Shown one piece after another: positions 28,442 through 38,658 of a stretch of 57,767 bases of DNA. Source of the DNA: an uncultured Candidatus Saccharibacteria bacterium. Its GTDB lineage: Bacteria; Patescibacteriota; Saccharimonadia; Saccharimonadales; 2-12-FULL-41-12. The notes beneath the pieces are model-generated. The model had not been told where the DNA came from, did not search any database, and saw nothing but the letters and a program-made list of their open reading frames with translations. How positions within the stretch are numbered: position 1 is the first letter of the stretch; each line of letters starts with the position of its first letter. The position numbers were made by a program, and so were the translations under genes. Location of the stretch: the NCBI GenBank assembly GCA_964404795.1, contig CAYOLI010000005.1, forward strand, positions 1 to 57,767, written 5' to 3'.

Positions 28442-29902
28442 TTAAATATCCAATTTTTGTCTGATAGTTTTTTGCACAAGCGACGGGTTCGCCTGACCTT
28501 TCGATTGTTGCATGACCTGGCCAACTAAAAACCCAATTGCTTTTTGTTCTCCAGCTTTTATGTCAGATACGACTTTGGGGTTGGCTTTTAATATCTCCTC
28601 TACCAACGCATCAATTACTTGCGAATCAGATTGTTGAATCAACTGTTTGCTGTTTGCAAAGCCCTCAACACTATCTGGTAACTGATCTGTTTGTAACAGC
28701 ATCAAGCATAGTTCTTTAGCGTTTGTGGAATTCAATTTACCCGCCTTAACCAAATCGTGGATAGCGTCTAATAACAAAAAATGTTGATCTTTTGGTAATT
28801 TTACTAACCCCTCTTTCAACGCAGGTATTAAATTATTAATTACGAAATTAATTGTGAATTTTGCAAATTCTTTGTCGCCCTCAGTACGACTTATAATGTC
28901 AAGTGGGCTGGAATGTCCAAAAAATTCAGCTTCAGAGAATAGCAGTAGTTCAATTTGTTCTGGAGCTACACCTAAGTTCGCTAGCTTACTTCTCCAATCG
29001 CTTGGCATAAGTGATGGCATTTCCCTGCGCAGTGCTTTAATAAAATCGTCCGACAAGTTGATTGGGGGTATGTCGGGATCCGGCATATATCGATAATCGT
29101 GCGATTCTTCTTTGGTTCGTTGCGCAAATGTTCGTTGTTTACTTTCGTCCCAACCGCGTGTTTCTTGTTTAATGGTGCCTCCCTTCTTTAAAATATCAAT
29201 TTGCCTTTTTATCTCATACTCAACCGCTTTTTCTACCGAACGAAAGCTGTTGAGGTTTTTTATTTCACTACGATTACCTAAGATATTAACGTCTTTGCTG
29301 ACGCTCACATTAACATCAAAACGCATATTTCCGTGATACAAATCCCCTTCGGTAACATCTGCAAACTTCATCAACAGATATAATTCACTAACATAAGCCC
29401 TGGCCTCAGCGGGACTCTTTATGTCGGGCTCGCTAACAATTTCTAATAGTGGAGACCCCGCCCTGTTAAGATCTACCAAACTATAATCTTTTCCTTCGGG
29501 GTGTATATTTTTGCCTGCATCTTCTTCTAAATGAGCACGTGTTATTCCAATTTTTTTATTTTGTCCTTCAACAAAAATTTCTACCTCCCCTCCAATAATT
29601 AACGGATAATGTAGTTGACTGATTTGATATCCTTTTGGTAAATCAGGATAAAAATAGTGTTTACGATCAAATTTGCTGTATTTTTGTGGATCAACCCCTA
29701 AGGCAAATGCTGCTTTTGTAACTAGCTCTACTGCTCTTTTATTTAATACGGGCAACGCTCCTGGCAATCCAAAACAGATATGACTTATTAATGAGTTTGG
29801 TGGAGCCAACCTGGCATCATTCGCAACAGCTGCAAACAATTTTGTCTTTGTTTTAAGCTGTACGTGACACTCGATACCAATCGTTGGGGAATATCCATCC
29901 AC
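28442..29902 (-). CDS. gatB: Asp/Glu-tRNA amidotransferase subunit B
   Basis: IGIECHVQL, RKHYFYPDLPKGYQISQ, DLNRAGSPLLEIVSEPD and a C-terminal YqeY/GatB tail (KAIGFLVGQVMQQSKGQANP) identify GatB. Confidence 0.93.
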   Translation of the reverse strand: MDGYSPTIGIECHVQLKTKTKLFAAVANDARLAPPNSLISHICFGLPGALPVLNKRAVELVTKAAFALGVDPQKYSKFDRKHYFYPDLPKGYQISQLHYPLIIGGEVEIFVEGQNKKIGITRAHLEEDAGKNIHPEGKDYSLVDLNRAGSPLLEIVSEPDIKSPAEARAYVSELYLLMKFADVTEGDLYHGNMRFDVNVSVSKDVNILGNRSEIKNLNSFRSVEKAVEYEIKRQIDILKKGGTIKQETRGWDESKQRTFAQRTKEESHDYRYMPDPDIPPINLSDDFIKALRREMPSLMPSDWRSKLANLGVAPEQIELLLFSEAEFFGHSSPLDIISRTEGDKEFAKFTINFVINNLIPALKEGLVKLPKDQHFLLLDAIHDLVKAGKLNSTNAKELCLMLLQTDQLPDSVEGFANSKQLIQQSDSQVIDALVEEILKANPKVVSDIKAGEQKAIGFLVGQVMQQSKGQANPSLVQKTIRQKLDI

Positions 29903-30327
29903 TACAAAACCTCGAGATCTTTGAGGGCCTGGCCCAACCCAAGTAATGCTCTTTTTACGTCATCTTTACGCAGTACTGTGCTTGGTTGCTCTTCAAGCTT
30001 TTTTCTTAGCTTATGGCCATACCATGCCCCATCATTATCGCTAAATACTTTTTGCGCCGAAACTAATCGCTCGCCCATTGTCTTGCCTTTTACCTTACGT
30101 TTTTTCAACGCTTTATCCAGTAGCTCATCCGCTTCGACTATTGCAGTTGGCCACTGCGACTTATCACTACAGCGCTGTTGGAGCTTCTTCCACTCGTTCA
30201 TAAAAAAATCCTTTTTAGGACGCCGGATTGTTTTAACAATTATGAAAATAATAATTATAAGAACTAAAACCGTAGTGATGATGACTGCAGCTAGCTCTTC
30301 GAGTCCAAGATTATAGTTTATATTCAT
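29902..30327 (-). CDS. hypothetical single-pass membrane protein encoded inside the gatCAB operon
   Basis: An N-terminal TM helix (AAVIITTVLVLIIIIFIIV) is followed by a charged helical domain of about 100 aa. Its start overlaps the gatA stop by 4 nt and its stop overlaps the gatB start by 1 nt. Confidence 0.55.
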   Translation of the reverse strand: MNINYNLGLEELAAVIITTVLVLIIIIFIIVKTIRRPKKDFFMNEWKKLQQRCSDKSQWPTAIVEADELLDKALKKRKVKGKTMGERLVSAQKVFSDNDGAWYGHKLRKKLEEQPSTVLRKDDVKRALLGLGQALKDLEVL

Positions 30328-31754
30328 AATACATTCCTTTCTATTTCAGATGCTAGTGAAAGCAATTTTTTATCATTTCGGCCTGATGCTACCAGTTGCA
30401 ACCCAACCGGTAGACCCCCTTTCGTTTCGCTCAACGGTATGCTGATAGCTGGTGTGCCGGCCAAATTTGCACCTACAGTCATTGCGTCGGATAGATACAT
30501 ATTCAATGGATTACTCGTGTTTTGGCCAATTTTAAAAGCAGGCGTAGGAGCAACAGGACCAATCAGCACATCACAATCCTTCAGTGCTTTATTGTATTCG
30601 TTAATAATTTTGCTTCGAACTAACTGAGCACGCTGATAATAAGCGTCATAGTATCCACTGCTCAGAACAAAAGTACCCATGATGATTCTTCTTTTTGCTT
30701 CATCGCCGAACCCTTCAGAACGACTCTTTACATATGAATCCTCGAGATCAGCTGCATCACTACTAGAAAAGCCATACCTTTGCCCATCATAACGGCTTAA
30801 ATTACTACTAACTTCTGCAGGGCAAATAATGTAGTAAGCCGCCAGAGACACGGGTAGCGAAGGCAAGCTGACTTCTTTTATTCTTCCCCCTTGGAATTGT
30901 ATATTCTCTACGGCCTTGACAATGATGCTTTTAACTTCTGGATCAACTCCCTCTCCCATAAATTCTTTGATAACTCCGAAAGTAGACCTACTAATCAGTC
31001 CTGTTTCTAAGTTTTGGTAAGTGCTTTCTTTGGCAATTGAAGTAGCGTCTAGTGGATCTATCCCCGACATACACTCCAATACTAACGCAGCATCTTCGAC
31101 GCTACGTGTCAATGGCCCAACTACATCCAAGCTACTACCCATGGCAACAACACCACTTCTTGAGACCAAGCCATAAGTTGGCTTGTACCCAACTACGCCG
31201 CAAAAACTGGATGGCTGACGAATAGATCCGCCAGTATCGGTCCCTAAAGCAAACGGAGCAACTTGTAACGCAACCGCAGCTGCAGACCCACCAGAACTTC
31301 CACCAGGGACTCGAGTCTGATCCTTGGGGTTTTTTGTAATCATAAAGTCACTATTCTCTGTACTACTACCATGAGCAAAAGCATCTAGATTGGCTTTGGC
31401 TACACAAATTGCCCCCTCGCTCTCAAGCCGCTCAATTACGGTTGCCTGATAAGGTGCTTCAAAGGATCGAAGCATGTTACTTGCAGCCGTTGTTCTCCCG
31501 CCGAAAGATAAAATGTTATCTTTTGCGATAAAAGGAACACCAGCCAACCTACCAACATCTTTTTTGGCAGTAACAAGTGTATCAATCTCTTTAGCACGAT
31601 TTATTGCGCGTTCTTCAAGAATCGAAATTATTGCGCTATACCCTTCTGTTTCTCTAATTAAAGACAACGACTTTTCTACCATACTAAGAGCACTAACTCG
31701 ACCGGCTCTAACACTTTCGGCAATTTCGACTATAGAGTTCCACTGAGATGTCAT
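30324..31754 (-). CDS. gatA: Glu-tRNA(Gln) amidotransferase subunit A
   Basis: The amidase signature GGSSGGSAAAVA, with GTDTGGSIRQP, identifies GatA. Confidence 0.93.
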   Translation of the reverse strand: MTSQWNSIVEIAESVRAGRVSALSMVEKSLSLIRETEGYSAIISILEERAINRAKEIDTLVTAKKDVGRLAGVPFIAKDNILSFGGRTTAASNMLRSFEAPYQATVIERLESEGAICVAKANLDAFAHGSSTENSDFMITKNPKDQTRVPGGSSGGSAAAVALQVAPFALGTDTGGSIRQPSSFCGVVGYKPTYGLVSRSGVVAMGSSLDVVGPLTRSVEDAALVLECMSGIDPLDATSIAKESTYQNLETGLISRSTFGVIKEFMGEGVDPEVKSIIVKAVENIQFQGGRIKEVSLPSLPVSLAAYYIICPAEVSSNLSRYDGQRYGFSSSDAADLEDSYVKSRSEGFGDEAKRRIIMGTFVLSSGYYDAYYQRAQLVRSKIINEYNKALKDCDVLIGPVAPTPAFKIGQNTSNPLNMYLSDAMTVGANLAGTPAISIPLSETKGGLPVGLQLVASGRNDKKLLSLASEIERNVL

Positions 31755-32048
31755 TTATTCAATTACTCGCTTTACTCTTATCTGGTCATCAAGAACGTCA
31801 GTTGTTTTCGATAATAAATCTTTGGGAGACGCCTGATAATTTATCGGTTCATCGTCACGCCAAATATTAGTCAGGCCACCTGCTTGGTCTACAGTTTTAA
31901 GTTCCGCAACGTCAATATTTTGCAACTGCTCAACAAATTCAATAATTGAGCCGATTTCCTTTGTAAAGTTTTCGACTTGTTCATCGGTTAATTCAAGCAT
32001 AGATAATTTTGCCAATTTTAATATATCTTCTCGAGTTATCTTTGCCAT
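31755..32048 (-). CDS. gatC: Asp/Glu-tRNA amidotransferase subunit C
   Basis: MAKITREDILKLAKLSMLELTDEQVENF is a typical GatC N-terminus. ATG 32048 is preferred, because the TTG at 32069 in the ORF track lies upstream of the TACAAT box (32065..32060). Confidence 0.85.
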   Translation of the reverse strand: MAKITREDILKLAKLSMLELTDEQVENFTKEIGSIIEFVEQLQNIDVAELKTVDQAGGLTNIWRDDEPINYQASPKDLLSKTTDVLDDQIRVKRVIE

Positions 32049-32160
32049 TTCTAACGGATATTGTACCAAATTTAAGAAGTTGCATAAACCTAACGTTGAT
32101 AATTCTTTACCTCAACAATAATAAGATTTAATATAAGAATATAGGTTAATCCAATCTGTT

Positions 32161-33186
32161 ATGTATAGAGAAACCTTTGAAACAGAAGTAAAACAGCAAG
32201 CACCTATACCCGACTCATTTATTTATGACCACGGTATTGCCGTAGTCGGCGCTATTACGAATGAGCAACAAATACATAACTACGGCCATATTCAGAGCAG
32301 AGATGTACTAATGCAGGACGGCTCGGCCTATAGAGTACATGAAGGGTTACCAAAACATTCGAAAATCAAACTCCCATTTGCATCACTAAAGACAACGGCC
32401 TTCTTAACAAAGGACGACCGTGGATTTAATAGACACCATCAAATCAAAGAAGTTGAAGCAGGCATCCCGACCATCTTGATAAGCCGAGAACTTTCTTGGG
32501 AAAAACCATTATCGCAAGCTAGAACAACTCACAATATGTTAAAAATAAGTAAGTTTATACTCGAACAAAATGACTCACTCGATTCGAATAATATTCAAGC
32601 GCGGGGTATCTCCAGAGGCGGCATGCTTGCCATCAACGCCACAGCCATGACCCAAAACAATCCAGAATACGGCATGAATTTCTTTTATTTTAGTGCTACA
32701 GCACCTTGCTTCCCAAGACCTCTAAAGTTAAGTACCGAATATCTAAAAATGCCCCTGTCTGAGGGTGGCTCCTTGCTTTACCACATCAGCAAAATGCCAC
32801 TAAACACCCTCTTGCATTATCCAAAAACAATCGACGCTAACCCTTCTTTTGCCCTACAAGATGCATTAACTCTAATAAACGGAGATACAGGTAAATTCGC
32901 AAAACAATTAAAGCCCGAAAAAACTCACGGATATATACTTGTTTTTTCTGAAGACATCATGAGTATGGGAAAGGTCTGGCAAGAAGACTTTAAACACTTT
33001 AAGGACGTCAAGGTAGATATTGACTCAAACAATATATCCAATCTATACAATGGACACCTTCGGGTTATTTCGCGCCAAGATATGTCTAATGCTATTAAAC
33101 GTCAGTTAAGGTTAGCCGAAGAATATAATAATTCTGGTGGTAACCTAGAGTCAATCGACTACCATTATGTAAATAATGGCACGTAA
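32161..33186 (+). CDS. hypothetical protein, possible alpha/beta-hydrolase fold
   Basis: The only recognisable feature is a GxSxG-type nucleophile elbow (GISRGG) preceded by a hydrophobic strand. It has no signal peptide and I cannot assign a family. Confidence 0.4.
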   Translation: MYRETFETEVKQQAPIPDSFIYDHGIAVVGAITNEQQIHNYGHIQSRDVLMQDGSAYRVHEGLPKHSKIKLPFASLKTTAFLTKDDRGFNRHHQIKEVEAGIPTILISRELSWEKPLSQARTTHNMLKISKFILEQNDSLDSNNIQARGISRGGMLAINATAMTQNNPEYGMNFFYFSATAPCFPRPLKLSTEYLKMPLSEGGSLLYHISKMPLNTLLHYPKTIDANPSFALQDALTLINGDTGKFAKQLKPEKTHGYILVFSEDIMSMGKVWQEDFKHFKDVKVDIDSNNISNLYNGHLRVISRQDMSNAIKRQLRLAEEYNNSGGNLESIDYHYVNNGT

Positions 33187-33189
33187 CAA

Positions 33190-35151
33190 CTACACCTTAT
33201 TTTTAATTTCCTCAATTAAGTCGCGTAGTTCAGCCGCTTTTTCAAATTGAAGATTGCTAGCCGCTAAATCCATTTGGGCTGTTAGATCTCGAATTAAATG
33301 CTGGTATTCATCTTTTGGAATTTTATTTAAATCAAGTTTTTGCTTATTAGTTTCTGGCAGATTAGGGCGCAGCCCGGCTTCAATCTTTTTTTTGATACTG
33401 CTGGGTGTAATGCCATTTTCTTTGTTGTAATCCTCCTGCAATTTCCTACGCCTATTTGTCTCATCGATTGCTCTTTGCATACTTCCTGTTACCACGTCTG
33501 CATACATTATTACGTGACCATCCTGATGCCTAGCTGCCCTACCAATCGTCTGAATTAGAGCTGGTTCGCTTCGCAGAAAACCCTCTTTATCGGCATCCAA
33601 AATTGCAACCAAACTGACCTCGGGCAGATCTAACCCTTCCCTTAGTAAGTTAATTCCTACTAGTACATCGTACACCCCAAGACGTAGGTCTCTAAGTATG
33701 TCGGTACGCTCCAGCGTATCCACCTCGCTGTGCAGATATGCTACTTTGATATCAAGCTCTGTCAAATATTCGCTAAGGTCCTCTGCCATCCGTTTTGTCA
33801 GTGTCGTTACCAACACACGGTGTTGCTTGTCTACCGTCTCTTTTATCTCTTTAACTAAATCATCGACTTGGTATTTGACGGGTCTGACCAAAATGACTGG
33901 ATCAAGCAACCCGGTTGGCCTTATAATCTGCTCGATTGGTTTTGCTGTATGGCTCAGCTCATACTCGGCTGGGGTAGCACTGACATATATAACGTCGTTT
34001 AAGTGTTTTTCGAATTCTACAAAATTAAGAGGACGATTATCTAGCGCACTGGGTAAACGAAAACCATGTTCAACCAGTACTTCCTTCCTCGCTCGGTCTC
34101 CATTATACATTCCTCTAACTTGAGGAACTGTCATGTGGCTCTCATCGATAAACATTAGATAATCATCTGGAAAATAATCTAGTAGTGTAGCTGGTTGTTC
34201 TCCTTCTTCTCTGTTTGTTAGATAACGACTATAGTTTTCTATTCCTTTTACAAAGCTAGTTTCTTCCAACATCTCCAAGTCAAAATTTGTTCTCTGCTCG
34301 ATTCGCTGCGCTTCGAGCAACTGACCGTTATTACGAAAAAAAGTAACCCGCTGATCTAGTTCTTCTCTAATTTTAACCAAAGCAACCTTTAGCTTTTCCG
34401 CAGGCGTCACATAATGGCTACCTGGATATACCTTAAGTGAATTAAGGTTCTTTAATATTTCACCGGTCAGCGGATCAACTCTAGTAATTTTTTCAATTTC
34501 ATCTCCGAAAAACTCAACTTTATATGCTACCTCCTCTGAGGATGGAAAAATATCAACAACATCCCCCCTAACACGAAACGTACCACGGTGAAAATCAATA
34601 TCATTGCGTTGATATTGAATATCGGTTAAGTGACGTAAAAGTTTGTCTCTTTTACGAATATCACCGACCTTCATCGAAACTGCAAGATTTTCATAATCTT
34701 CGACCGAGCCAATTCCATATATACAACTAACACTAGCCACAATAATGACATCTTGCCTGCTAAGAAGAGACGATGTTGCAGCGTGTCTAAGGCGATCTAT
34801 CTCTTCATTAATCTGCGAATCTTTTTCGATATATGTATCAGACCTTGCAATGTATGCTTCTGGCTGATAGTAATCAAAGTAGCTCACAAAATAATGAACA
34901 GCATTCTCAGGAAAAAACTGTTTAAATTCGCTAAACAATTGCGCCGCTAGTGTTTTGTTATGGCATAGTATTAGCGTTGGTTTTTGGATTTGGCTTATTA
35001 CATTTGCCATTGTAAAGGTCTTTCCAGACCCAGTAACACCTAGCAGTGTCTGCTGTTTTACCGATGCCCGCAAGTTTTTAACCAATGCCGATATTGCCGT
35101 CGGTTGATCTCCGGCTGGCTTGTACTGACTCTTTAATAAGAACTTGCTCAC
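33190..35151 (-). CDS. uvrB: excinuclease ABC subunit B
   Basis: It has Walker [13 protein letters not shown] (FIDESHMT), helicase motifs and a C-terminal UVR domain ([11 protein letters not shown]). The start codon is GTG. Confidence 0.94.
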   Translation of the reverse strand: MSKFLLKSQYKPAGDQPTAISALVKNLRASVKQQTLLGVTGSGKTFTMANVISQIQKPTLILCHNKTLAAQLFSEFKQFFPENAVHYFVSYFDYYQPEAYIARSDTYIEKDSQINEEIDRLRHAATSSLLSRQDVIIVASVSCIYGIGSVEDYENLAVSMKVGDIRKRDKLLRHLTDIQYQRNDIDFHRGTFRVRGDVVDIFPSSEEVAYKVEFFGDEIEKITRVDPLTGEILKNLNSLKVYPGSHYVTPAEKLKVALVKIREELDQRVTFFRNNGQLLEAQRIEQRTNFDLEMLEETSFVKGIENYSRYLTNREEGEQPATLLDYFPDDYLMFIDESHMTVPQVRGMYNGDRARKEVLVEHGFRLPSALDNRPLNFVEFEKHLNDVIYVSATPAEYELSHTAKPIEQIIRPTGLLDPVILVRPVKYQVDDLVKEIKETVDKQHRVLVTTLTKRMAEDLSEYLTELDIKVAYLHSEVDTLERTDILRDLRLGVYDVLVGINLLREGLDLPEVSLVAILDADKEGFLRSEPALIQTIGRAARHQDGHVIMYADVVTGSMQRAIDETNRRRKLQEDYNKENGITPSSIKKKIEAGLRPNLPETNKQKLDLNKIPKDEYQHLIRDLTAQMDLAASNLQFEKAAELRDLIEEIKNKV

Positions 35152-35186
35152 TTACTAATTGTAGCAGTTCGACAAAAAGCAATTTA

Positions 35187-35747
35187 TTATCTAGTTGGAT
35201 TATCAATCAGTAAATTATCTGGACTGTAGCATTGACTGACTATAACATTTGGTATGTTTTTTTCAGTCAGGATCGAACAATATGGCACGTCTTGCATACC
35301 AAGAGCTTGGTCCCAATTATTCCCCGTCTTTTTCCATATTATATTTGCCCCCCCACAACTACCTTGCGCACCAAGAGCAAACTGATTTTTATATATCTTT
35401 TTTACCTGAATTGTTAACGCATTCTCACAGCCGTCTTCGTATTTTGGCGATTCCCCAATTAACGAACCGATGTACTGCTTAAAATCGTTACTTGCATCTT
35501 TTAACTTTACAATATCCTGCTTGGACCTTATTTCTATTGCCACCGGATACTCAATCAATTGAGGTGCTTCTGTTTTGTTCTCCGTCTGTTTTGATTCCGT
35601 ACTTACTTTTTGCTCTGAACTATTGTCTGTATTTTTAGTTTTGTTTGCATTGAAAACATAGTAACTAACCCCGATAAATAGCAATATCACAACCAACACT
35701 AATAAACCCTCTATTAGCGTGAACCCCGATTGATTATTTTTTCGCAT
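35187..35747 (-). CDS. type IV pilin-like protein (prepilin-type N-terminal cleavage/methylation domain)
   Basis: MRKNNQSG/FTLIEGLLVLVVILLF is a class III signal peptide. An AAGGA SD lies 9 nt upstream of ATG 35747, and the longer ORF-track start was rejected. The C-terminal region contains four Cys. Confidence 0.8.
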   Translation of the reverse strand: MRKNNQSGFTLIEGLLVLVVILLFIGVSYYVFNANKTKNTDNSSEQKVSTESKQTENKTEAPQLIEYPVAIEIRSKQDIVKLKDASNDFKQYIGSLIGESPKYEDGCENALTIQVKKIYKNQFALGAQGSCGGANIIWKKTGNNWDQALGMQDVPYCSILTEKNIPNVIVSQCYSPDNLLIDNPTR

Positions 35748-35844
35748 TGTTCGTTCCTTCTTAAAATACTTACGAATTATTATCAACCTTATGCTTATAT
35801 ATTGCAACCTATACGAACTTTCTGCCTACTACCAGAATGAGTAC

Positions 35845-36408
35845 TTATCTATAAAGATGGAGGTAACGTTGGTTTTTCTCGTCTAATATCTGTGTTAATT
35901 GGGATATCAAATCATCTGGGTCTTCACTAAATACGACTTGACGGCTAATTCTACGCTCGGCAGCATGGAGTATATCCATAATCTCGGTACTAATGCCACC
36001 AGCACCCTGAATAAAACCAATGGGAGTATCGGTTTCTAAGGCAATTGTAAACTCGTGCAACGTTCCAATCCGACCACCAATACTAACTACCGCATCTGAA
36101 GAGTTGATAAGTAGTGCATCTCTGCCCACATAATGCAGGCCGGTGTATAAAATGCTGTCGTAGCTTTTAATCGGTAATCGGTACTTTAAAATATGCTCTA
36201 CCTTGCTAGAGGCAGGACTGATCCCTAAACTCATCATTCCACCGGCGGCCTTATAACCTTTAGCAGAATAATCAGGCAAACCGCTAGTTGCACCAGTTAG
36301 TAGCGTATGTTTTGCCCTAGCAATTGATGCACCAACTTTTTTTGCCAAAAGTTTACCTTCTTCGACGCTGTCGCCTTTTGCTGCTCCAGAAACACAGATT
36401 TGATACAT
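35845..36408 (-). CDS. LOG/TIGR00725-like Rossmann-fold protein
   Basis: ICVSGAAKG, LLTGATSG and GGRIGTLHEF resemble the PGGxGTxxE motif of the LOG/lysine-decarboxylase-like family. An AGGTGG SD precedes ATG 36408. Confidence 0.6.
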   Translation of the reverse strand: MYQICVSGAAKGDSVEEGKLLAKKVGASIARAKHTLLTGATSGLPDYSAKGYKAAGGMMSLGISPASSKVEHILKYRLPIKSYDSILYTGLHYVGRDALLINSSDAVVSIGGRIGTLHEFTIALETDTPIGFIQGAGGISTEIMDILHAAERRISRQVVFSEDPDDLISQLTQILDEKNQRYLHLYR

Positions 36409-36420
36409 CAATCCACCTTT

Positions 36421-37593
36421 TTACCCTAAGTTTATCACTAATTTTCTAATCGGTTCGTAAACCAAATATCTAGAGATCAGATTGTCCCAGACATAACTTT
36501 GGCCATACACCTTCAGACTTTTTGCTTTAGGGAGTTCGTAAACCATGCTAACCGCAATGTCTAGCACATTGCATGAAACATTATTCTGATTACCGTGAAA
36601 AAATATATGTTGTCGCCCATGCCAAAACTCTAGCTCTTCGATGTCGGAAATAGTTGGCAACGACAAGTCGTCGCTAAAAATATGCGGCCCTAGATCTAAA
36701 TCGGCCGACAAATTACCCTGACTAGCCATAGCGTGCAAAGACGACCATCCAGTTTTAACTTTACCTTTCGAGGAAATAGCAAGGTCGCTCATCATAGTTT
36801 CAGATATCTTTCCTCCAAAGTTAGGGTATACGCTCAATAACCTAAAATAAGAAGAATACATCGATATCATTCTGGCAACTTCTATAATACTGCTTAGCAG
36901 TAGCAACGTATCACCCCTATACCTTCTTTTGGGAGGTAGAATTGCAACCTCACCAGTAACAGGAGAAGGATGAACCAATTGTAGCTCAGCAACTCCTTTT
37001 GCTCGGATTTTATTCACATCTTTTACGGCAGCTACAATTACTTTGATTGGAATTTCACCAAAATCACTCACTTTAACTTTTTTATATTTTGCAGCTACTT
37101 TTGTTGCATATTCTTTGTCACAAAGCGAGCCGAGAATTATCAGTACAGAGGGGCTCTCTCTTTTGAGTAATGCATCTATCGATCTATAGCCACATATCCT
37201 CATCATTTTTTTGGGAGGTAATTCTTTAATAATTTTTCGAGCTACCCCCGATTTTAAAGCCCAAACTTTATACTTACTTAGTATCTTTGTTGCATGAACC
37301 GCAACTTTTTTCGAGTATTGCTGTGGCGTATCTTCTGGTGTAATTTTCAAAAGTTTAGCGATGTTATTGTTGTCTTGGTTATATCGCTTAATCAAACTGT
37401 GGTACAGCTCGGACCCCGTAGTATCCTCTTGATCTAGTCCCAGTTCACCAAGTAAATGCTTGATGTCCCGTTTCATTTCAAGAGTCATACGAATATCTAC
37501 CGCAGGAAAATTGGCTAAGCGTTCCCATTCCTTTAAATTATGGCTAAACTCTGGCTCTTTTGCCTCGAGAATATCTGATATCAACCGACTCAT
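36421..37593 (-). CDS. hypothetical protein (390 aa), no recognisable domain
   Basis: This long uninterrupted ORF starts 1 nt after the PfkB-kinase stop and ends 12 nt before the LOG-like gene, suggesting translational coupling. It is predicted to be soluble. Confidence 0.55.
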   Translation of the reverse strand: MSRLISDILEAKEPEFSHNLKEWERLANFPAVDIRMTLEMKRDIKHLLGELGLDQEDTTGSELYHSLIKRYNQDNNNIAKLLKITPEDTPQQYSKKVAVHATKILSKYKVWALKSGVARKIIKELPPKKMMRICGYRSIDALLKRESPSVLIILGSLCDKEYATKVAAKYKKVKVSDFGEIPIKVIVAAVKDVNKIRAKGVAELQLVHPSPVTGEVAILPPKRRYRGDTLLLLSSIIEVARMISMYSSYFRLLSVYPNFGGKISETMMSDLAISSKGKVKTGWSSLHAMASQGNLSADLDLGPHIFSDDLSLPTISDIEELEFWHGRQHIFFHGNQNNVSCNVLDIAVSMVYELPKAKSLKVYGQSYVWDNLISRYLVYEPIRKLVINLG

Positions 37594-37594
37594 T

Positions 37595-38611
37595 TTACAT
37601 CCGTTTTGGTTTGTACCAGTCAGGAGCTTTTTCTAGAAGTTCTGATATCTGCCGTTCGGTTAACAGACCTTCCTGCGCACCGACATGTTGTACTACATTC
37701 ATCGAAGTAATCGGGGCCCATTGCAATGCACCCTCGATAGTGTTGCCCTTCATGATTGCTGCCACAAAGGTAGAGGTAAATGCATCACCTGCTCCAGTTC
37801 TCTCTTTTGGAGGTGCAGGATCGGGATATACAGGCATCTGATATCTATTATTGCCATCACTAGCATAGCTACCTCGAGGGCCATCACTAATAACTACAAT
37901 TTTTGGACCAAGGTTATGCATTCTATCGATTAAATCATGCAGGTCATCGTAATTACCTCCAGTAATAAATACCGCCTCCTCACGATTTACCGCCACTAGT
38001 TCTGAGCGTTTATAAACATGCTCTAACCGCTGAGCACCCATTTCCATCTGGAATGTGCCGGGCTGAAATGCCAATTTGATATCTGGATGCCTCTCAAGGG
38101 ACTCAATCATTTCATCATGAAAATCAAGTGCACTTTTTGATACAGAGCTAAAATAAACCCACTCCGGCTTTTCGTGGTCACGAAGATGAGGCCAGTGGTA
38201 AGAATAATCTTCGTGATTGATAAGAATCGTCCGTTCTTCTTTGTACCAAAGCACGTAGTGATAGTTACTTTTTTTCTTGGGGTGAATCTTAACAAATCTA
38301 GTGTCTACATCTTTTTTATCTAGGGTTGAGATGATTTCTCTACCGTAAACGTCTCCACCAACATTAGATATCAAACCACTACTAAGCCCTAATTTTGCAA
38401 AATTTACAGCCGCATTTGAGGCATTACCAACCGCGGGCAGAACCTCAGAATAATCAAAGGGGATTTTTGTTCCAAACGGCATTGCAAGTATGAGCCCTTG
38501 ATCCGTCTGATACGATTGAGCCCTGTCATCAAATAGCTTAATGAAAGCATCAGTTACTACATCGCCTACCGACAATACATCAAATCCCACCTTTTTTTTG
38601 TCTGTGCTCAT
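37595..38611 (-). CDS. PfkB-family carbohydrate/sugar-phosphate kinase
   Basis: It has the ribokinase-like fold signature GAGDAFTSTFVAA near the C-terminus and an N-terminal GD.V.D region. The substrate is not determinable from sequence. Confidence 0.8.
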   Translation of the reverse strand: MSTDKKKVGFDVLSVGDVVTDAFIKLFDDRAQSYQTDQGLILAMPFGTKIPFDYSEVLPAVGNASNAAVNFAKLGLSSGLISNVGGDVYGREIISTLDKKDVDTRFVKIHPKKKSNYHYVLWYKEERTILINHEDYSYHWPHLRDHEKPEWVYFSSVSKSALDFHDEMIESLERHPDIKLAFQPGTFQMEMGAQRLEHVYKRSELVAVNREEAVFITGGNYDDLHDLIDRMHNLGPKIVVISDGPRGSYASDGNNRYQMPVYPDPAPPKERTGAGDAFTSTFVAAIMKGNTIEGALQWAPITSMNVVQHVGAQEGLLTERQISELLEKAPDWYKPKRM

Positions 38612-38658
38612 ATTTCTGTCTCTATTATCTTAAATTACAAGCATAAACGCAAATAGCA

